DNA from: Nitrosopumilaceae archaeon | GTDB lineage: Archaea > Thermoproteota > Nitrososphaeria > Nitrososphaerales > Nitrosopumilaceae | Direction: 5' to 3' | Assembly (NCBI GenBank): GCA_965200155.1 | Contig: CBDATR010000024.1 | Span: 352,001 to 416,000 of the forward strand | DNA: 64,000 nt | In this document: one piece after another, positions 38,843 through 48,533 of the stretch | Position numbering within the stretch: position 1 is the stretch's first letter | Layout of the letters: every line of letters begins with the position of its first letter | Notes under the pieces: model-generated | Told to the model about the DNA's origin: nothing | What the model saw: the letters and a program-made list of their open reading frames with translations, nothing else | The model's database searches: none | Program-made: the position numbers and the translations under genes

Positions 38843-39958
38843 TCATGACTCTTCTATATGAGCCACACCCTTGCATATCATATATGCGGCGGCAAACGCT
38901 GGAACCTGGACATACTCGTTACTGTATGGGCCAAACCGCATACCCCTAAGCGTGAACTGTATTGGGCAAGTGGCACGTACACCTGTTTCCTCACTGTGTA
39001 TTTGTACTGCATGTACGTATGGATCAATATTCATGTCGGCGCATCTTATCTTTACAAGAGAGCTCTTGCCGTTTATGGTGCCGGGCATGCGGAATATACG
39101 ATGCACATCTGAGGTTACATTGGGATCAATACAGACTCCAATAGTCCTGGATACACTATCAATTACGCGCTCCATGGAATCATAGCCAGCCCGCACAAAT
39201 TGTGGTGCCTTTTTGTGTCGGCCAGACTTTGAGCCGAATACACCCCGAGCAAACCTCCCCCGCCACCCCCTTTCATCTAGGCGCGGTAGTAACGAGACAG
39301 TTGCGTTGCTCTTTTTCATGCCCAGCGTGTCAGGCATCAGACCCCGGCACCGGATATAGTCGGTCAGATCATGGCGTTCACGAGATTTTATCTTTGCCAA
39401 AGCGGAACTAGTTACGTGTATGTGATAGCCATCATTTCCCGAAAAGTATACCCGTATACCAGACTCTATTCCCAGATCCTCCTCCAGTATGTCTATTAGT
39501 TTTTCAACCTCTTTCTTGCACTGATCCATGCAGTTATTGCACGGCAGTGATAATGTCGTTGTACGGTTCGAGTCACAAAATGAGCATTTTAAATCCGTGC
39601 CAACAAGACCGCAATCAGAGCATACATGTACAGTATGGGATGAACGACACTTTGCATTGAGATCCTTGGCATCTATATCAAATATTATATCCGCGTCCTG
39701 CCACTCTTTGTCGGACATCGGCAATGCAGGAAACAGATACCTAGCGTTGGATGCGTAGACATCAGTGGGAGCTTCTCGCATCAATAATGGAAGTAAGTCA
39801 TTTTTATCCATTTGGATATGCCGGATCATACCGGAATCATGTCTTTGATATCCAAACTCCCGCTTCTCCATGTGTGGGGGCAACTCTACTGTGGAAAATC
39901 GCTCAAAGTAATAGCGCCGAATGCACGCAGTGATAAATTCGGCATCTGTGGAGATCAT
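38843..39958 (-). CDS. priS: DNA primase small (catalytic) subunit
   Basis: REFG, FDIDAKD, FSGNDGYH, IDPNVTSDVHRIFRMPGTINGKS; start placed at MISTD. Confidence 0.95.
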   Translation of the reverse strand: MISTDAEFITACIRRYYFERFSTVELPPHMEKREFGYQRHDSGMIRHIQMDKNDLLPLLMREAPTDVYASNARYLFPALPMSDKEWQDADIIFDIDAKDLNAKCRSSHTVHVCSDCGLVGTDLKCSFCDSNRTTTLSLPCNNCMDQCKKEVEKLIDILEEDLGIESGIRVYFSGNDGYHIHVTSSALAKIKSRERHDLTDYIRCRGLMPDTLGMKKSNATVSLLPRLDERGWRGRFARGVFGSKSGRHKKAPQFVRAGYDSMERVIDSVSRTIGVCIDPNVTSDVHRIFRMPGTINGKSSLVKIRCADMNIDPYVHAVQIHSEETGVRATCPIQFTLRGMRFGPYSNEYVQVPAFAAAYMICKGVAHIEES

Positions 39959-40968
39959 CGTGAGCCAAATTGTAAGGGGTTTGATATACCGGCGCATTCT
40001 GGTATGGCATAGCATAAATCCAAGGAGCGCAGTTTTTCACAAGACTGACATGTGTATCTTGTAGATTTTCCAAGCTTGCCAGCCAAATGGTTCAGCTGAT
40101 ATTCAGTAATTGATTGGTTATAGTCAGGAGCATTTTCAAAGTATGGTATAATATCAGGAATGGGATATTCTTGTCCCAGCATATATGTAGCAAGCATAAA
40201 ACGACCTGAGTGGGATAGATTCTTGCCCGCCTTCAAAGTGTCGATTGCATGACTTATGCATGGAGGAATTTTATTGGAAACTATAGTACGAGGCTGGAAT
40301 TTTGCTTCCATATTTTTTAATTGTGCCACAAAATCCTCTAGTCCGGGCACCATACTAGGAGTGGTAGCTGCATGTATCTTGGCAGTAATGTAGTTCACCA
40401 GCTCCTGTCGTATGAGCCGCACCGTTTCATGGGGAGTAAGAAATACCTTGCCTGATTCTACCCGGCGATTTATTAATTTCCATTCTCGTGCATGAAAATA
40501 TACTGCTCTACTAAGATAGTCTGCCACATTTATTATAAAATGATCATCGCTCTCTGATATTTCCACACCGGATATGTCATGTATTATTTTTGTAGCCAAT
40601 CTTCTTGTATCCATGGAGCTTCGTCTTAGATCAGATTCAAGAAAAAACTCGGCACCACGGGCTTCCTGCAGTGAAAATTTTTTTATCAAATACTGGGCGC
40701 GACTAAGTTTTAGCAATATCACAGATAACAGAAAAGACAGTACTTCACGAGGTAGACTGTCAGCAGCGAGATCGCGATTGATATCAGACTTGTATACCTT
40801 ACCCTCTTGCGTAGCCACCTGGATACGGGCAAACGCCCTCTCGCGTATGGATACAAGATCCGGGTCTTCACTGATCTGATCCAGCGTGAATCCGGACTCT
40901 CTCATGTAACGACCTGCATCAGTCAGAAATGGATACTTGGCTAGCTCGTGCGGCCCCAGCTCTATCAA
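39955..40968 (-). CDS. priL: DNA primase large subunit
   Basis: AKYPFL, WKLINR, PPCI, H.GRF.LA.Y, C-terminal Fe-S cysteines; adjacent to priS. Confidence 0.95.
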   Translation of the reverse strand: MIELGPHELAKYPFLTDAGRYMRESGFTLDQISEDPDLVSIRERAFARIQVATQEGKVYKSDINRDLAADSLPREVLSFLLSVILLKLSRAQYLIKKFSLQEARGAEFFLESDLRRSSMDTRRLATKIIHDISGVEISESDDHFIINVADYLSRAVYFHAREWKLINRRVESGKVFLTPHETVRLIRQELVNYITAKIHAATTPSMVPGLEDFVAQLKNMEAKFQPRTIVSNKIPPCISHAIDTLKAGKNLSHSGRFMLATYMLGQEYPIPDIIPYFENAPDYNQSITEYQLNHLAGKLGKSTRYTCQSCEKLRSLDLCYAIPECAGISNPLQFGSR

Positions 40969-41093
40969 CCCACATAGTACATTTGTTCTACAATATTGGT
41001 TTTGTGTCCCATAATTACCTGCGTAAACTAAGAATTTATGTAACGGACCAAGGATATGGATTTACACCACTAATCACATGCACAAGCCATACT

Positions 41094-41185
41094 GTATGAG
41101 TTCACCTGTGTCTAAATTTACGCATAACTGATCGCGACAGTTAATGTGATTTGTGCATAAGATTCCGGAAGACGTGAACTCATAC
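41094..41185 (+). mobile_element. 92-bp MITE, family 1
   Basis: 8-bp target duplication gccatact. Confidence 0.95.
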
Positions 41186-41264
41186 GCCATACTAATTATG
41201 TTGATTTGTTGTGCATGAATTTGAGCATATATGTCATTTAGCCAAATGGTTGCCATATGATGAA

Positions 41265-41352
41265 TGGTGCGGGAGATGGGATTTGAACCCACGAACTCCT
41301 AAGAGATAAGGACCTGAACCTTACGCCTTTGACCGGGCTGGGCGACTCCCGC
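41265..41352 (-). tRNA. tRNA-Leu (CAG), CCA encoded
   Basis: GCGGGAG acceptor stem, taagg-ttCAGgt-cctta anticodon arm, long variable arm, gttcaaatc T-loop. Confidence 0.95.
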
Positions 41353-41691
41353 AATTATAAAACTTTGATTATATAATATGACTCTTTTGGAAGGAAACAA
41401 ACATGTAACAACGTGCATAAACATCTAGCCTACAATATCACATAATGGTTATTTTTAGTTAGTTTACACCAATTATGAGTAAGTCTTACTAATTATAACG
41501 ATCCGCTGTAAGTAAATTCAGATATAAGTAACTCAGAATTTTATTAAAAATATTTATGAATTAGATGGAGATTATGCATAAAGGTCAGGGAATTCATGAC
41601 AGTAATGGGTTTTGTGCGTGATCGTTTTGGACATCGTTGCTTTGCAGACCTATTTGCATAATGTCCGATCTTTACCAGCTTATGTAGTAAT

Positions 41692-42073
41692 TGCATTGTT
41701 TAACATGCGCGTATCCCCAACCCACTCGCCGGTAACCGTAAATGTGAGTATTCTCTTGCTTTCACCGTCCGCGAGCACTGATGAATCCGCGCCTCTTTTT
41801 CCATTTGGCCCTAATCCACTCGCCACGATTCAAGGCCGGTCGAGTCAACAATCATGGTTCTAGTCAGCTTTTTGTCTGTGCCGATAATCATGCCATTCCC
41901 CTTGTCTATGTCAAGATCTCTTCCGCGTCTGTATATTGTGGAGTAGTACGGGGTTGTATGAGTTCACCTGTGTCTAAATTTACGCATAACTGATCGCGAC
42001 AGTTAGTGTGATTTGTGCACAAGATTCCGGAAGACGTGAACTCATACACGGGGTTTGGTACCCTTCCAGTAGT
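41692..42073 (-). pseudogene. IS5-family transposase remnant, second copy, MITE-interrupted
   Basis: Close match to about 23610-23882; MITE inserted at 41956. Confidence 0.75.
41956..42047 (+). mobile_element. 92-bp MITE, family 1
   Basis: 8-bp target duplication acggggtt; empty site visible in the paralogous IS5 remnant at about 23857. Confidence 0.96.
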
Positions 42074-42079
42074 AATTTT

Positions 42080-42171
42080 GTATGAGTTCACCTGTGTCTA
42101 AATTTACGCATAACTGATCGCGACAATTAATGTGATTTGTGCATAAGATTCCGGAAGACGTGAACTCATAC
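42080..42171 (+). mobile_element. 92-bp MITE, family 1
   Basis: Intact TIRs; no own target duplication. Confidence 0.95.
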
Positions 42172-42350
42172 CAACCAAACTGTATCAAAAAGGCGCACAT
42201 TAATCGAGCATGTCATACGTATGCTCAAGGTGTACCGTAGATTAAGTCAGGTATATGATGGCAGTCGTGAGGAATTCCGGATCTACTCGTAGTATCCGGG
42301 TTGCATAATTTGCACATTATGCACAAGCATACCAGGTACAAGAAATTTTT
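42172..42350 (+). pseudogene. Transposase C-terminal fragment (IS5/ISL2-group-like)
   Basis: Hand translation NQTVSKRRTLIEHVIRMLKVYRRLSQVY resembles the N...s..R..iEh....lK DDE helix. Confidence 0.5.
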
Positions 42351-42443
42351 GAAAAATATCTGTCCATAATTTCCGTGATATTATAATTCAAATATTACTC
42401 ATCAGAAAATCCACTAAATTAATGGGTTTTGTGGTAACAGTTT

Positions 42444-42535
42444 GTATGAGTTCACGTCTTCCGGAATCTTATGCACAAATCACATTAACTGTCGCGATCA
42501 GTTATGCGTAAATTTAGACACAGGTGAACTCACAC
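42444..42535 (-). mobile_element. 92-bp MITE, family 1
   Basis: Reverse orientation; flanks aacagttt / aaccgttt (7 of 8 match). Confidence 0.95.
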
Positions 42536-42786
42536 AACCGTTTAGCTCACTCATGATATACGTCATCAATATCCGGTCACCCCACTACACGACATTTGCA
42601 ATCACGGCATACGTTAGTGCTGGCAGGTGGCATTAACATTGTTCATGCTTGACTGATTGTGTGCCATAAAATACACCCTAGTTTGAAGCAACATGTGCTG
42701 CTACTGTCAATCATGCGCATAAGGTTTAATGTCCATTATTTACATAAATTCCAATGGACTAAATATGGTGATGCCTAGAGGTCTAT

Positions 42787-43515
42787 GTGGACCTTATACT
42801 TGGAATGGGTGAGGTTGGAACAGCCCTGAATGAACTATTAACATTACGAGGGTTTGCAGTATCTGGTCTAGATTCCATTAAATCTAAATGTGTGGGCCAT
42901 CCCCCCGATGTACCAGAGATCCTTCATGTTTGCATACCCGGAAGTTTTAAAAAATTTAACGAAATAGTTTTAGAGCACGCTAAAAGTGGCACGCAGGCAG
43001 TAATGATACACTCTACAGTCAAACCAGGCACCGCAGAGGCAGTACAAAAGAATACTATCATCCCAATAATATCATCCCCTACACGTGGAGTGCATATTAG
43101 ATTTGTTCAAGACATGACTAGGTATACAAAATTTGTAGCTGCCGACACAACTGTTGATGATGCACTCAAGAGATCCATTGATGCTAGATTTGTAAAGACA
43201 CAATGGATGTCTGGTACTCGAGTACTAGAATTAGCAAAAATATTAACCGATACTACCTACTACGGATGGTTGATAAACTATGCCCAAATAACAAAGATGA
43301 TCTGTGATACTGAAAGAGTAGATTATGATGAGTTGTGGACATTTGCGGAAGAAATACAGCAGTATCTGGGTAATCGTCCCAAGATGTATCCAGGCGTGAT
43401 AGGCGGGCATTGTGTAATACCAAACTTAGATCTACTTACATATGATCAAATTAACACAGTCGCAAATATTAATCAAATTTATCGTTCATACTTATCTGAA
43501 AGATCTAATCAATAA
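42787..43515 (+). CDS. Nucleotide-sugar (UDP-glucose/GDP-mannose) dehydrogenase family protein, short form
   Basis: ILGMGEVG Rossmann motif, IHSTVKPGT, ELAKI, PGVIGGHCVIPN. Confidence 0.85.
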   Translation: MDLILGMGEVGTALNELLTLRGFAVSGLDSIKSKCVGHPPDVPEILHVCIPGSFKKFNEIVLEHAKSGTQAVMIHSTVKPGTAEAVQKNTIIPIISSPTRGVHIRFVQDMTRYTKFVAADTTVDDALKRSIDARFVKTQWMSGTRVLELAKILTDTTYYGWLINYAQITKMICDTERVDYDELWTFAEEIQQYLGNRPKMYPGVIGGHCVIPNLDLLTYDQINTVANINQIYRSYLSERSNQ

Positions 43516-43602
43516 TTTTTTACATTTATCTAGATTTTTGTACGTGTTCGTTTATATTCAAATTTATGCATAGCGATTCTCTATTACTATGGGTATCTAT
43601 CT

Positions 43603-43694
43603 GTGTGAGTTCACCTGTGTCTGAATTTACGCATAACTGATCGCGACAGTTAATGTGATTTGTGCATAAAATTCCGGAAGACGTGAACTCATAC
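43603..43694 (+). mobile_element. 92-bp MITE, family 1
   Basis: TIRs with one mismatch; no own target duplication. Confidence 0.93.
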
Positions 43695-43701
43695 ATAATT
43701 T

Positions 43702-44559
43702 TTACAAGCCAATTTTATTTTTTATTTGTTTTTTCATTAATTTTAACTGATATTTTTTTATTTTTTCCCTCGTTTCATCTGGAAACTGAGAATAATACCC
43801 ATCTTTCTTAGGCCGGTATGTACAATATTGCCAAAACATATTCAAAACACCTCTTTTACTAATATCTGATTTTTTTAAAAAATGGGAAAAACATCTTGCA
43901 ATTGCATAAATAGGATGATACCCTACAGCCCTCATACCTCTGCCAAATCCTGAGAAGCCATGACTGTGGCCCAATTGGTCTACATGTTCAAAACCAATGT
44001 CATGAAATATTTTACTTGAATAACCCTCAACAAGTGCATTAAGTAGTATCTCTGATTCATAACCAACTATCTCGGGACATTTTTCATAGTGATCAAAGAA
44101 CCATTTTTGTTTTACAAATCTTCCAGCACCATGTGGAGCACTCGATTGTCTGCTTCCATAATCTCCGGATGCAACCACGATTTTTGTATCAGATTCCATT
44201 CTTTTAATTATTTTTTCTGCATAATTGTGTTCAAAAATCACATCTCCGGCAGCAATCATATAATAATCAAATTTTTTATCCCAGCACATATTAAATAACT
44301 TTGGTAGTCTTCCATAATCTCTGGTTTGACTATCTGTATGTATAACACGGATAATGTTTGGATACTTATTTTCAAATTCTTTTAAAATATTACTTGTGTT
44401 GTCTGTAGATCCGTCTTCAGCAACAATAATTTTTGCTGGTTTGTGAGTCTGTTCTACCAAGCTAACCATAACCTGCTGAATGGATTTCTCACCATCTCTT
44501 ACTGGCAAGATGCAATAATAGGTAGGTTTTGCTGATTTATAGTTTTGTGCAGATTTCAT
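43702..44559 (-). CDS. Glycosyltransferase family 2 protein
   Basis: ILPVRDGE, IVAEDGSTDNT GT-A motifs; strongly AT-rich coding sequence. Confidence 0.9.
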   Translation of the reverse strand: MKSAQNYKSAKPTYYCILPVRDGEKSIQQVMVSLVEQTHKPAKIIVAEDGSTDNTSNILKEFENKYPNIIRVIHTDSQTRDYGRLPKLFNMCWDKKFDYYMIAAGDVIFEHNYAEKIIKRMESDTKIVVASGDYGSRQSSAPHGAGRFVKQKWFFDHYEKCPEIVGYESEILLNALVEGYSSKIFHDIGFEHVDQLGHSHGFSGFGRGMRAVGYHPIYAIARCFSHFLKKSDISKRGVLNMFWQYCTYRPKKDGYYSQFPDETREKIKKYQLKLMKKQIKNKIGL

Positions 44560-44632
44560 ACGTACTATCTCTATCTAATTATACTTTTAAATGCTAGTCA
44601 CACTTGTGGGGCATGGGTCCACATGTGTTCCA

Positions 44633-44724
44633 GTATGAGTTCACCTGTGTCTAAATTTACGCATAACTGATCGCGACAGTTAATGTGATTTGTGCATAAG
44701 ATTCCGGAAGACGTGAACTCATAC
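44633..44724 (+). mobile_element. 92-bp MITE, family 1
   Basis: Intact TIRs; right flank gtcaatag is the reverse complement of the right flank of the copy at 48427-48533. Confidence 0.95.
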
Positions 44725-44725
44725 G

Positions 44726-45748
44726 TCAATAGTACGAAAAGTCCGCTTAGGATCCGGCGTGCAGTAGTTCAGATTGCACAAGCCAGATGGTAAAGAGGAT
44801 AACAGAGGAATCAAGACAAAAGAGGCGTTGCCGCCACCAAAATAGCTCAAGACCTGAAACAAGACACGTACGAAGATTGTGAACCAGAGAACGGGGACGA
44901 CTCAAGATGGGCAGGCCCAAGATACCAATCACCGCCACCCAGATACGAATGGTAACTGAAACATACGGCAAGGATCCCGCCGGAGTAGTACGTATTGCAA
45001 ATAGACTTAGACAGAATTACAATATATCGCGCAGTATATCGCATAATGAAAAAGAACGGTACGGCAGGATCATCACCTGCAAAGTCAGAGTGGGTACACT
45101 ATGAGCGTAAATATTCCAATGCAATGTGGCACTGGCATGTCATGAAAAGATGAGCGCTTCAGGGGACTGAATCTCATAGATGATGCATCCAGGTGCATAG
45201 TCGGAGCGGCACTATTTGAGCATGCGATCTCAGAGAACGCCGCTCTATTACTGAGACTGGCAATGAAACGATTCGGCGCCCCTGCATCTCGGATAACGGC
45301 GCGTGTTTCGTAGGACAATAAAAGGGCAAAAAGAACTGGAAACCCACTATTCTAGTATGAGTTCACCTGTGTCTAAATTTACGCATAACTGATCGCGACA
45401 GTTAATGTGATTTGTGTATAAGATTCCGGAAGACGTGAACTCATACCTATTCTAGGAAGAACTGCTGGATCAAGACATTATACTAATCAATTCCAGGCTA
45501 TACCACCCGCAGACAAATGGCAAACTGGAGCGCTTCCATGGAATGATTGAGGACGAGATATGGCACTATGACAGTCTCCGTGATTATGTGGACTACTACC
45601 ATGAGAGAAGGTTGCACTTCTCACTGGACAGATAACGGCGAAACACCACTCCAGGAATAAAAAGGCGACCCAGACAATTAGGGCAAATGATGCAAAATGG
45701 ATGGAGCGAGATACCAATGACTAGTGGACCGACTTTTCATACATTACA
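44726..45748 (+). mobile_element. IS481-family non-autonomous derivative, copy 3 (with MITE insertion)
   Basis: Matches 31165-32097; MITE at 45355-45446. Confidence 0.85.
45355..45446 (+). mobile_element. 92-bp MITE, family 1, nested in IS481 derivative
   Basis: 8-bp target duplication ctattcta; empty site in copies 1 and 2. Confidence 0.97.
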
Positions 45749-45793
45749 ATGTGATGACAATATTTATATTATTGTATACCATATTTTATCAAA

Positions 45794-47626
45794 ATGTTAA
45801 AATCTACTAACCGTAACAATATCGTACTTAAAGCTTTAATCGGGGGGGGGGGTCTCCTCCTTGCACTTTTACTAGTATTAGTACCGGCCACTGATCTTGC
45901 GTTTGCTCAAACAATCGAGTCTATCCACATATCTGTAGGTCCCGCCTCCACTAGTGCCACCGTTACATGGCATCAGTACCCAGGTGATACCGAATATGTC
46001 GTGGTGTTACGTAATGGATTTGGAGATAGAATTCCCGGTGGGGTAACACGCACTTCAGGAGACACATATGATATTACCGGACTGACTCCTGACTCCCAAT
46101 ATATCGTATTTGTCAGAACCATTGGAGACGGCTTTGTCAAGTCCAACACTGTACAGTTTAAGACAAAAGTCGCTCCCTCTAGTTCCATTAATACTATACC
46201 AGACATTACCATGGATGAGTCCGAGAGAAGAACCATACCACTCAGTGTAACCCCTGCGAGTGATTCTGTCACATATGCAATAACCAAACAGGACGGCACG
46301 GCTGCACCCAGATTTGCATACATAGCTGACGTATCTCCTGACCGTACATTTAGAGACGGCATTGTTTTGGCTCCTAACAGAAGCGAAAGTGGACAATATT
46401 CACTGCGTGTCACAGCAACTATTGGTAGCGACACCATACATGAGGACTTTGCACTTACCGTGAATGACGGCACTATAGATCCACCTAGTATCTCAGAAAT
46501 AACACCAAATTCTATAACTATTGAAGTACCTGGAACTCAACCAAAAGATGTTAAAAACTCACATCTTTGTATGATGGCTGATGTCTCTGAATCTTCTCCA
46601 TTGAAGTATAAACTGACCGAATCTCTGACTATTCATGGTACCATGACAATCACAAACCTCTTACCTAATACTGATTACACCATCCGTGTGATCAACGAAT
46701 GCGAAGATATAGGTTTAGCAACCTTCAATGTCAATACTGGCTCCTCCGCCCTAAGCTTCACTGACACCATAAATGACATTACCATGGCCGAGGGCACAAC
46801 ACGTAACATACAGATCAATGCAACTGATTCTGATAATAGGGACATTACATATAGTGTAGAGGTCCTGAACGACAAGACATTACCTGGCTCTGCGAAAATA
46901 TTAGATAGTACCCTCGTTTTGGAGCCTGATAGAACAGCAGCAGGGGAATACACTCTACGTGTCACAGCAACTGCTGGCAGCGACACTAAACGTGATGAAT
47001 TTGTACTTACCGTAAGTGACCCTGGTATTAATCCACCCCAAATCAAAACTCAAAATAGCACCTCTGTAACTATAGAGGTCGCCTCAGAGGACTATAATAC
47101 AAAAGACCCAACCTGTACAACCGCCGCTATCTTCAAAACCTCCTCCGGAGCTGCAAGTGCTGATTTAGAGGATTTCGAATCAAACCCCCTTACAATTACG
47201 GGCCTCTCACCTGATACTGCGTACACCATACGTGTGTTTAAATCCTGTGAACCCGATGTTGGAAGGCTGGGAATCCTAAAGTTCACTACATCTAGTAACA
47301 GTCAGACATCACCTGATAACAGTCAGACATCACCTGATAACAGTCAGACATCACCTGATAACAGTCAGACATTAGTACTAAGTAGAACCATAAGTGGCAA
47401 TGATGTTACTCTAAGCTGGAACGACTTGGCAGATACTGCCTATATCGTGGCGGTATTTGATGGGGACGGAGACCGAGTCATTACTGGCGGATCAGCACGC
47501 GTATCAACTAACTCCTATACCCTCGAAGACCTAGATGCTGACACATATACGGCATTTGTGAGAACCCCTGGACCCTCAGGAACTCATACCATGTCCAACA
47601 CTGTAACCTTTACCATCACTAGTTAA
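45794..47626 (+). CDS. Secreted FN3 / cadherin-like repeat protein
   Basis: Signal peptide with G11 tract (45842-45852); ITGLTPDSQY, ITNLLPNTDY, ITGLSPDTAY FN3 motifs alternating with DITMxE...GxYxLRVTAT cadherin/Ig-like modules; TATA-like tttatat at 45763. Confidence 0.88.
   Translation: MLKSTNRNNIVLKALIGGGGLLLALLLVLVPATDLAFAQTIESIHISVGPASTSATVTWHQYPGDTEYVVVLRNGFGDRIPGGVTRTSGDTYDITGLTPDSQYIVFVRTIGDGFVKSNTVQFKTKVAPSSSINTIPDITMDESERRTIPLSVTPASDSVTYAITKQDGTAAPRFAYIADVSPDRTFRDGIVLAPNRSESGQYSLRVTATIGSDTIHEDFALTVNDGTIDPPSISEITPNSITIEVPGTQPKDVKNSHLCMMADVSESSPLKYKLTESLTIHGTMTITNLLPNTDYTIRVINECEDIGLATFNVNTGSSALSFTDTINDITMAEGTTRNIQINATDSDNRDITYSVEVLNDKTLPGSAKILDSTLVLEPDRTAAGEYTLRVTATAGSDTKRDEFVLTVSDPGINPPQIKTQNSTSVTIEVASEDYNTKDPTCTTAAIFKTSSGAASADLEDFESNPLTITGLSPDTAYTIRVFKSCEPDVGRLGILKFTTSSNSQTSPDNSQTSPDNSQTSPDNSQTLVLSRTISGNDVTLSWNDLADTAYIVAVFDGDGDRVITGGSARVSTNSYTLEDLDADTYTAFVRTPGPSGTHTMSNTVTFTITS
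47296..47372 (+). repeat. In-frame 21-bp tandem repeat (NSQTSPD) x3.7
   Basis: taacagtcagacatcacctga perfect copies. Confidence 0.95.
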
Positions 47627-47633
47627 TTTTTTT
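47627..47633 (+). terminator. Oligo-T archaeal terminator candidate
   Basis: T7 immediately after the stop codon of the FN3 gene. Confidence 0.5.
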
Positions 47634-47688
47634 CTCAGTTTAAGTTGGCTCACGCGTTCAGATGCCAACCTGGCTTGTATGAGAGTGC

Positions 47689-48007
47689 GGCATAGCCATG
47701 AAATTGTTCTAGCCGCCCAACCACGGGATGGCATAGCCATGAAATTGTTCTAGCCGCCCAACCACGGGATGGCATAGCCACGAAATTGTTCTAGCCGTCC
47801 AACCATGGGGTGGCATAGCCATGAAATTGTTCTAGCCGCCCAACCACGGGATGGCATAGCCACGAAATTGTTCTAGCCGTCCAACCATGGGGTGGCATAG
47901 CCACGAAATTGTTCTAGCCGCCCAACCATGGGGTGGCATAGCCACGAAATTGTTCTAGCCGCCCAACCATGGGGTGGCATAGCCACGAAATTGTTCTAGC
48001 CGTCCAA
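47689..48007. repeat. 41-bp minisatellite, about 7.8 copies
   Basis: ggcatagcca(t/c)gaaattgttctagccg(c/t)ccaacca(c/t)ggg(a/g)t at 47689, 47730, 47771, 47812, 47853, 47894, 47935, 47976; no spacers. Confidence 0.97.
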
Positions 48008-48426
48008 TCGCCAAAAGACAGTAAGGTTGGCGCATATCCTGTCCCGACAGAGTACACATAACGGAATTAATGCCAGCTAGAATGTGCGGTAGCAGTGAGC
48101 GGGAATGATTCCAATTGGGTGCGGTAAACAAGGGGGCGGCCATTCCAGGGCCGATTATACCTGGGAACAATTCATGGTACATGTGGAATAGCAGAGAATA
48201 GTGGCTGGATTTGGATGATGTAAGTAGTTCATATGGACGGCTACCATGTAATGAGTCACGAATGGCGTGTATCCGCACCTGGGCGCTATCAGGACGCCCG
48301 GATCATCCCTGAATCGTTGCGGGTCGTCCGCGCAAATTACTGAGGGGATTGAATCATTCTTGGACGTGTTCCGGGAATGATTCCCGGCCAGTTAAAGTCC
48401 ACACCGGGCCTTTCTGTAGTAGAATG

Positions 48427-48533
48427 GTATGAGTTCACCTGTGTCTAAATGGAACGGGTCATTCTATAACTGATCGCGACAGTTAAAGAACCGGTTCTTT
48501 TGTGCATAAGATTCCGAAGACGTAAACTCATAC
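48427..48533 (+). mobile_element. MITE family 1, variant
   Basis: Same two internal replacements as the 22266 copy; right flank ctattgac. Confidence 0.93.

Noticed and set aside
41074-42636. Short ORFs containing YEFTSSGILCTNHINCRDQLCVNLDTGEL
   Set aside because: They are translations of the family-1 MITE, not genes.
47689-48007. CRISPR array
   Set aside because: Units are contiguous with no unique spacers; it is a tandem minisatellite.
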